Positions 59,551 to 64,000 of a DNA stretch of 64,000 bases are shown here, in pieces. The DNA lies in the IMG/VR virus record IMGVR_UViG_3300035698_005082, positions 1-64,000 of that record; one strand, given 5' to 3'. How positions within the stretch are numbered: the first letter of the stretch is position 1; each line of letters begins with the position of its first letter. Below the pieces are notes generated by a model, which searched no databases, was not told where the DNA came from, and saw only the letters and a list, made by a program, of their open reading frames with translations. This DNA comes from a virus. The translations under genes and the position numbers were made by a program.

Positions 59551-62339
59551 GTATAATTAACAATAAAGCAGACTTCCTTAATAAGGATATACCTACATTA
59601 AAAATAAGCCAGAGCCATATTGATGGATTATTTACTAACGCTTCTAACTATGTGAATGCAAACATAGAAGACATCAATACCATAAGCGATAATATGCTAA
59701 TCGCATTAGACTCTACAGCATCAGCGAGCAAGGAGGCTCTTAGGTCTTTAAGGCCACTAACTAATTCAATAGCAGATATATTTGCAACAAGTGGTGCATC
59801 TCGTGATTCTCTGAATATATTCAATGAGGGTATAAACTATTCTTCAGAAGGAGTAGTTATAGATTATGACATAAGGCAGATTAAGCTAGAGTCTTCGCCT
59901 ATAGCTATATACTCAATAAGGAATATAGACATCAATGTAGAGAATGGAAGCCTAGGTAATAGCATAGGTGCAAAGAATCAATATTTTGATATTAACAATA
60001 TAGTTGGTACATCATCAAGATTAGAGATAGAATCATTCGTATCAGAACTGGATGCCACCATATCATTGGATATGGGTGAAAAAGTTGCACTTAATAATAT
60101 CAAGTTTAGCTTAGTTAATTTTGGAACAAGGATGCCTTCGATAGAATCCATAATGGTTTCTGAAGATGGATGTATATATACCCCTGTTAGAATAACTACT
60201 TCCAATTCTCTATCAATGAATATAGAAGACTTTAATTTTAAGGATGGCATTATAAACATACACACTGAAGAGTTGTATGTCCGATATATTAAGCTTAACA
60301 TATTGCAAAAGCTACCATATGATACTAATAGTACACTAGGTAAGAGATATGCTATAGGCATTAATGCTCTTGAGGTGGGATTTTACTCTGCTACTAATAG
60401 CGGAACTATGGTGGTTGGACCCTTCAAATCTAAAGATGAAATATTTAAGGTTGCCATATTTGGCGACATGATTAGATACAACCTAGATGAGCCTAATATA
60501 AGATTATCTATTTCCACTAACGGTGAGTCATGGATACCTGTACAGAATTCTGAATTGTTTGATCCAGGTTCTGAGATCTCTAAAATAATCAACTTCAATA
60601 ATATAAGCAGTGATTCTTTATCTACAGACGGTCCTGTATTAGAGTTATATATAAAGGTAGAGATGGACGCTATAGATGTGTCATATGTATCAGAAGATTC
60701 GAGGTTTGTAAATAGAGAAACTGTATTAGTTTCTCGTAATTCAAGAAATTTTAGTTTAAATACTAGAGATGATTATGATTATTTGAAGGTGTTTAAGGTT
60801 TCGGGTGTTAGGTATGGAAGTAGAATATCGTTCCCACCAGTAGGAGGAAACTTATTCTCTATACCAACTAGAGATGCGGTGTTCATTAGAACAGATAGTG
60901 AATTAGTGTATAAAGGATTAGACGATGAATCGTCAACTTCTATAGATGTTCAGAAAGACACACTTAAAGGGAAGGAGTTAGAGGGTGTAACTATACAATA
61001 CAAGTATGATAAGGTACATGTTAAGAGGAATGATATTATAGAGAACATACCAAGTATGGAATACGATCCATTTGGAATATCTTTAATATCCATGTCTAGA
61101 CCTATTGATTCTCCTATTAATATAGAGACAAGCAATTTGTCGTTTAGTTATCAGAACTTAATACCAGTGATTCCATTCAGTAAGAATGCTGGTACATTTA
61201 CTATTAGGTATAATAATAAGGTTTCGCATATTGACTTGAAGTCTGGATTTGTACTCGATAATAGAGAGTTGTTGTATATAGTGGGCGAGACTGTAACTAG
61301 CGTTACGGTTGAAGACCATATTGGTATTAAGATTGCGGATGTTTTGGTTGAGGAAGTTAATGGTCAGAATGTAATTTCATTACATGATGCCCTTGGTGTT
61401 AATATTCCTGACACTTCTGGGTTGAGATTTAATAAGTACTATCCTCTATCACCCCTATTAGATAATGAGTTTGCTATAGTCTTTGGAGAAGTAGTATTTG
61501 GTAAATACTTTAATGGACAACTATCAATACCAAGAGTTATAACTACACCATTAGAAGTAAAGATAGATAAGACAGTAGATGACTTGAGAATAGTAACTGC
61601 TAGTTCTAGACAAATAAAGCATTCACAAACTCTTCTAGAGTTTGATTTTGGCAATATAATAAATCTAAATAAGACTGACATATTAGAACAGAGTTTAACA
61701 TTCGATACTTCTTCTGCTTCTATTAATACGTTCTTGAGGGAGGTTGAGTTTATAAATGGCGGGGATGAGTTCTTGCTTACTGAGCGCTATGTTGACATAG
61801 GGCATAGGGGAGTTAATGAGCTAAGTATTAATGCTGCATATGTTGATAATGGATCTATAAACTTTAAAGCATGTGCTGGTGTATTTTCAAACAGGGTTTA
61901 CTCTGAGTATGAACTCATAGACCTTGGTGATTACTTCATTGATGGCACCACTATTAGACTCCCAGAAGACGTATATACAGATACTACTAATGATATAGAG
62001 ATAAGATATGATATAGAACCTAGTAACGTATCAGCCTCCGGCCTATACTCAGTAGACTATGTGAATGGAATAATATATTCATCTGCAAAGATAGATGGAA
62101 ATACTATTGCCAACTATAAATATTCAAGTGTGTATGCTTCCTACAATGGACTAATTAAGATAGATAATAATGACTATCAAGTAAGTGGTCAAAGTATAGC
62201 CATAAATACAGAAGAAGAAACACAGGAAGAATATATGGTAATTTCATCCGGTAAGGAATCTAATAATACTGAGTACCTAGAAAGCCCAGTTCTATATAAT
62301 TTAAAAATAAACATAATTGATGCGGAAAGTTCAGTATGA
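59547..62339 (+). CDS. Large baseplate/structural protein (N-terminal coiled coil, discoidin-like beta-sandwich)
   Basis: SEDG..Y...VRYIKL...YAIGINALEV pattern; YSVDYVNGIIY near the C-terminus. Confidence 0.55.
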   Translation: MSIINNKADFLNKDIPTLKISQSHIDGLFTNASNYVNANIEDINTISDNMLIALDSTASASKEALRSLRPLTNSIADIFATSGASRDSLNIFNEGINYSSEGVVIDYDIRQIKLESSPIAIYSIRNIDINVENGSLGNSIGAKNQYFDINNIVGTSSRLEIESFVSELDATISLDMGEKVALNNIKFSLVNFGTRMPSIESIMVSEDGCIYTPVRITTSNSLSMNIEDFNFKDGIINIHTEELYVRYIKLNILQKLPYDTNSTLGKRYAIGINALEVGFYSATNSGTMVVGPFKSKDEIFKVAIFGDMIRYNLDEPNIRLSISTNGESWIPVQNSELFDPGSEISKIINFNNISSDSLSTDGPVLELYIKVEMDAIDVSYVSEDSRFVNRETVLVSRNSRNFSLNTRDDYDYLKVFKVSGVRYGSRISFPPVGGNLFSIPTRDAVFIRTDSELVYKGLDDESSTSIDVQKDTLKGKELEGVTIQYKYDKVHVKRNDIIENIPSMEYDPFGISLISMSRPIDSPINIETSNLSFSYQNLIPVIPFSKNAGTFTIRYNNKVSHIDLKSGFVLDNRELLYIVGETVTSVTVEDHIGIKIADVLVEEVNGQNVISLHDALGVNIPDTSGLRFNKYYPLSPLLDNEFAIVFGEVVFGKYFNGQLSIPRVITTPLEVKIDKTVDDLRIVTASSRQIKHSQTLLEFDFGNIINLNKTDILEQSLTFDTSSASINTFLREVEFINGGDEFLLTERYVDIGHRGVNELSINAAYVDNGSINFKACAGVFSNRVYSEYELIDLGDYFIDGTTIRLPEDVYTDTTNDIEIRYDIEPSNVSASGLYSVDYVNGIIYSSAKIDGNTIANYKYSSVYASYNGLIKIDNNDYQVSGQSIAINTEEETQEEYMVISSGKESNNTEYLESPVLYNLKINIIDAESSV

Positions 62340-64000
62340 GACAAGAACAGATAGATCATTTAATAAGAAATAATATACCAGTTACTGAGGCTTCCATAAA
62401 GCATCTATCCAATACTGGTAACAATGACTTATTTATATCTGACATGAGGAATGGTTATATTTCATTGGGAATAGACGGCATTAATAATGCCTATAGTTTT
62501 ATAGCTAATCTATTCTCAGACTCTATGGTGGATAAGATTAGTCTACGGAATAGAGTTAAATACCTTGGTGATTCGATAGCAGAGCGCACAAGCGATATAG
62601 TTCTAGCTATAGATAACTTAAGAGAAGAGGTCGCCGCCGCAACAGTTCTTGAATCTACTATGAGCGGACAAACAGAAACGGTTCTAATGGACTTCTCTGA
62701 TCAATCATTAATATCTCATGAATCAGAAGGAGTAACCACACAAGGTGGAATACTTACAGTAGAGAATATAGATAACAAGGCTATTAAAAGTTCTGTAAGA
62801 ATAGAAGAGTATCCATTTTCCTCTATGAGTGCAGTTATGAGGTCTAGGACCTCTATTGACGACGCTAAGATAGAAGGCGTGTCTATTAGTGGAATTGGTT
62901 ACTTACCTAGTGTTAATGATATGGTTATAAATGCCGATAAGGCATTTAGAATTGAAGCTATTGCTGACCTCGACATCGAGAGAAGGATAGACTTAGTTAT
63001 TGATAGGGCCGACTCTAGTATGTTTAATCAAATTGAACTTGAAACTGAGCGTGCTCAGATGATATCTATATACTCTTCTAGTAATGGTATTGAGTATGTC
63101 TCGCGCACAGATAGTCCTAGATATATTAAAGACTCTGCAATACAAGTTGGCGCAATAACAGATAGGTTTATTAAGATAGTATTCCATAAGAGATCTAGAG
63201 ATGGCATTAAGAATGGAAACAATATCTATAATGTGTCTATTAAAGAACTATCATTCTTGAGAACTACATTTAGTGGTATGTCTACATTGGTAACTAATCC
63301 TATATCTGTCGAAGGTGCCTTTAGTAAACTAGCAATTAGTTCTTGTGACTCTACTAGCGAAGGTCTAGAGACAAAGATAGAATATAGTGTATCTATTAAC
63401 GAGCAGGAGTGGATACCAATACGCCCTGCCGGACGCACATATGGAGAAGATATAAATAAACCTTCTTACTTAAGTATAAATTCAAATGCTGAAAATAAAT
63501 TCATGGTTCTTAAGGATCAAACTGTTGTTAATAACACGGGCTCCTTTACCTCGCCCCTACCAGCAGACTTTATTAGATCTAATTATATAAGAATATTCGC
63601 AGACAACTTAACAGACTCATCTTCTGATTGGATATATAGTAGAGGAGTGTATAAGTCAGTAGGAATGTTATACAACACTACAACAATAGACTTTGGCACT
63701 AAAGAAATATCTTTAAATGGTAAATGGGTATCTGGAGAAGTAACATTATATCCAGACATATACCTAATAGAGGTAAAAGCAGAGAGCTATGCCAATATAA
63801 TACTTAATAAAGCAGGGAATATAGAAGACCTCGGCGGCGGAGAGTATGCCGTTGAATCAGCTACAGGAGTAATACACACAGTGTATGATCCAATCTTTCC
63901 ATACAATCATAGATACATAGTAGATACAATGTTTGATCTAGTATTTGGTAAAGAATTAATTGATAAAGATAACTATAACATTTATAATAAGGACTCGGAT
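62336..64000 (+). CDS. Large structural protein truncated by the window end; paralogue of 59547..62339
   Basis: Missing from the supplied ORF track. ATG 62336 overlaps the previous TGA. The stretches I translated (start MRQEQIDHLI, 63182-63426, final codons) are in one open frame. Confidence 0.75.
   Translation, partial: MRQEQIDHLIRNNIPVTEASIKHLSNTGNNDLFISDMRNGYISLGIDGINNAYSFIANLFSDSMVDKISLRNRVKYLGDSIAERTSDIVLAIDNLREEVAAATVLESTMSGQTETVLMDFSDQSLISHESEGVTTQGGILTVENIDNKAIKSSVRIEEYPFSSMSAVMRSRTSIDDAKIEGVSISGIGYLPSVNDMVINADKAFRIEAIADLDIERRIDLVIDRADSSMFNQIELETERAQMISIYSSSNGIEYVSRTDSPRYIKDSAIQVGAITDRFIKIVFHKRSRDGIKNGNNIYNVSIKELSFLRTTFSGMSTLVTNPISVEGAFSKLAISSCDSTSEGLETKIEYSVSINEQEWIPIRPAGRTYGEDINKPSYLSINSNAENKFMVLKDQTVVNNTGSFTSPLPADFIRSNYIRIFADNLTDSSSDWIYSRGVYKSVGMLYNTTTIDFGTKEISLNGKWVSGEVTLYPDIYLIEVKAESYANIILNKAGNIEDLGGGEYAVESATGVIHTVYDPIFPYNHRYIVDTMFDLVFGKELIDKDNYNIYNKDSD

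Noticed and set aside
556-63438. Many minus-strand ORFs of 60-264 aa in the supplied track (e.g. 3950..4594, 55299..56093, 57097..57765)
   Set aside because: They lie opposite long plus-strand genes with clear motifs, are Ser/Ile/Leu/Pro-rich antisense shadows, and show no recognisable domains.
1-64000. Stop-codon reassignment, as seen in some large phages
   Set aside because: Standard code already gives near-complete coding density. TAG (235, 25140) and TGA end genes right where the next gene begins.
1-64000. Assignment to a named phage genus or host
   Set aside because: Cannot be supported without database comparison of TerL, MCP and portal.

Overview
The window is one continuous, tightly packed, all plus-strand virion morphogenesis region of a large (jumbo-type) contractile-tailed dsDNA phage, read with the standard genetic code. 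Gene order: LamG-type fragment, permuted papain-like peptidase, sigma70-like promoter, TnsA/gp4-type nuclease, DEDDh exonuclease, large terminase, portal, prohead protease/scaffold, decoration protein, major capsid protein, terminator, about 10 kb of Ig/LamG/Asp-box appendage genes, neck proteins, tail sheath, three tube paralogues, two chaperones, a frameshift-split tape-measure-like gene, a 1548-aa protein, an SLT-containing baseplate hub, gp25/J-like wedge genes, a beta-repeat fibre and more large baseplate-like proteins running off the right end. The main finding is the 1548-aa protein (36025..40671) in the tape-measure position. It carries degenerate versions of the beta-type and beta'-type catalytic motifs of two-barrel RNA polymerases in the correct order (DG, K..K, KR, RxP, DYDAD), and has hydrophobic segments at both ends. 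It is a candidate single-chain, virion-packaged, ejected RNA polymerase. The DEDDh exonuclease has a similar basic-plus-hydrophobic C-terminal tail, suggesting a set of ejected enzymes. All assignments come from motifs and gene order read by eye; no searches were run. No tRNA, rRNA, CRISPR array or mobile element was seen.
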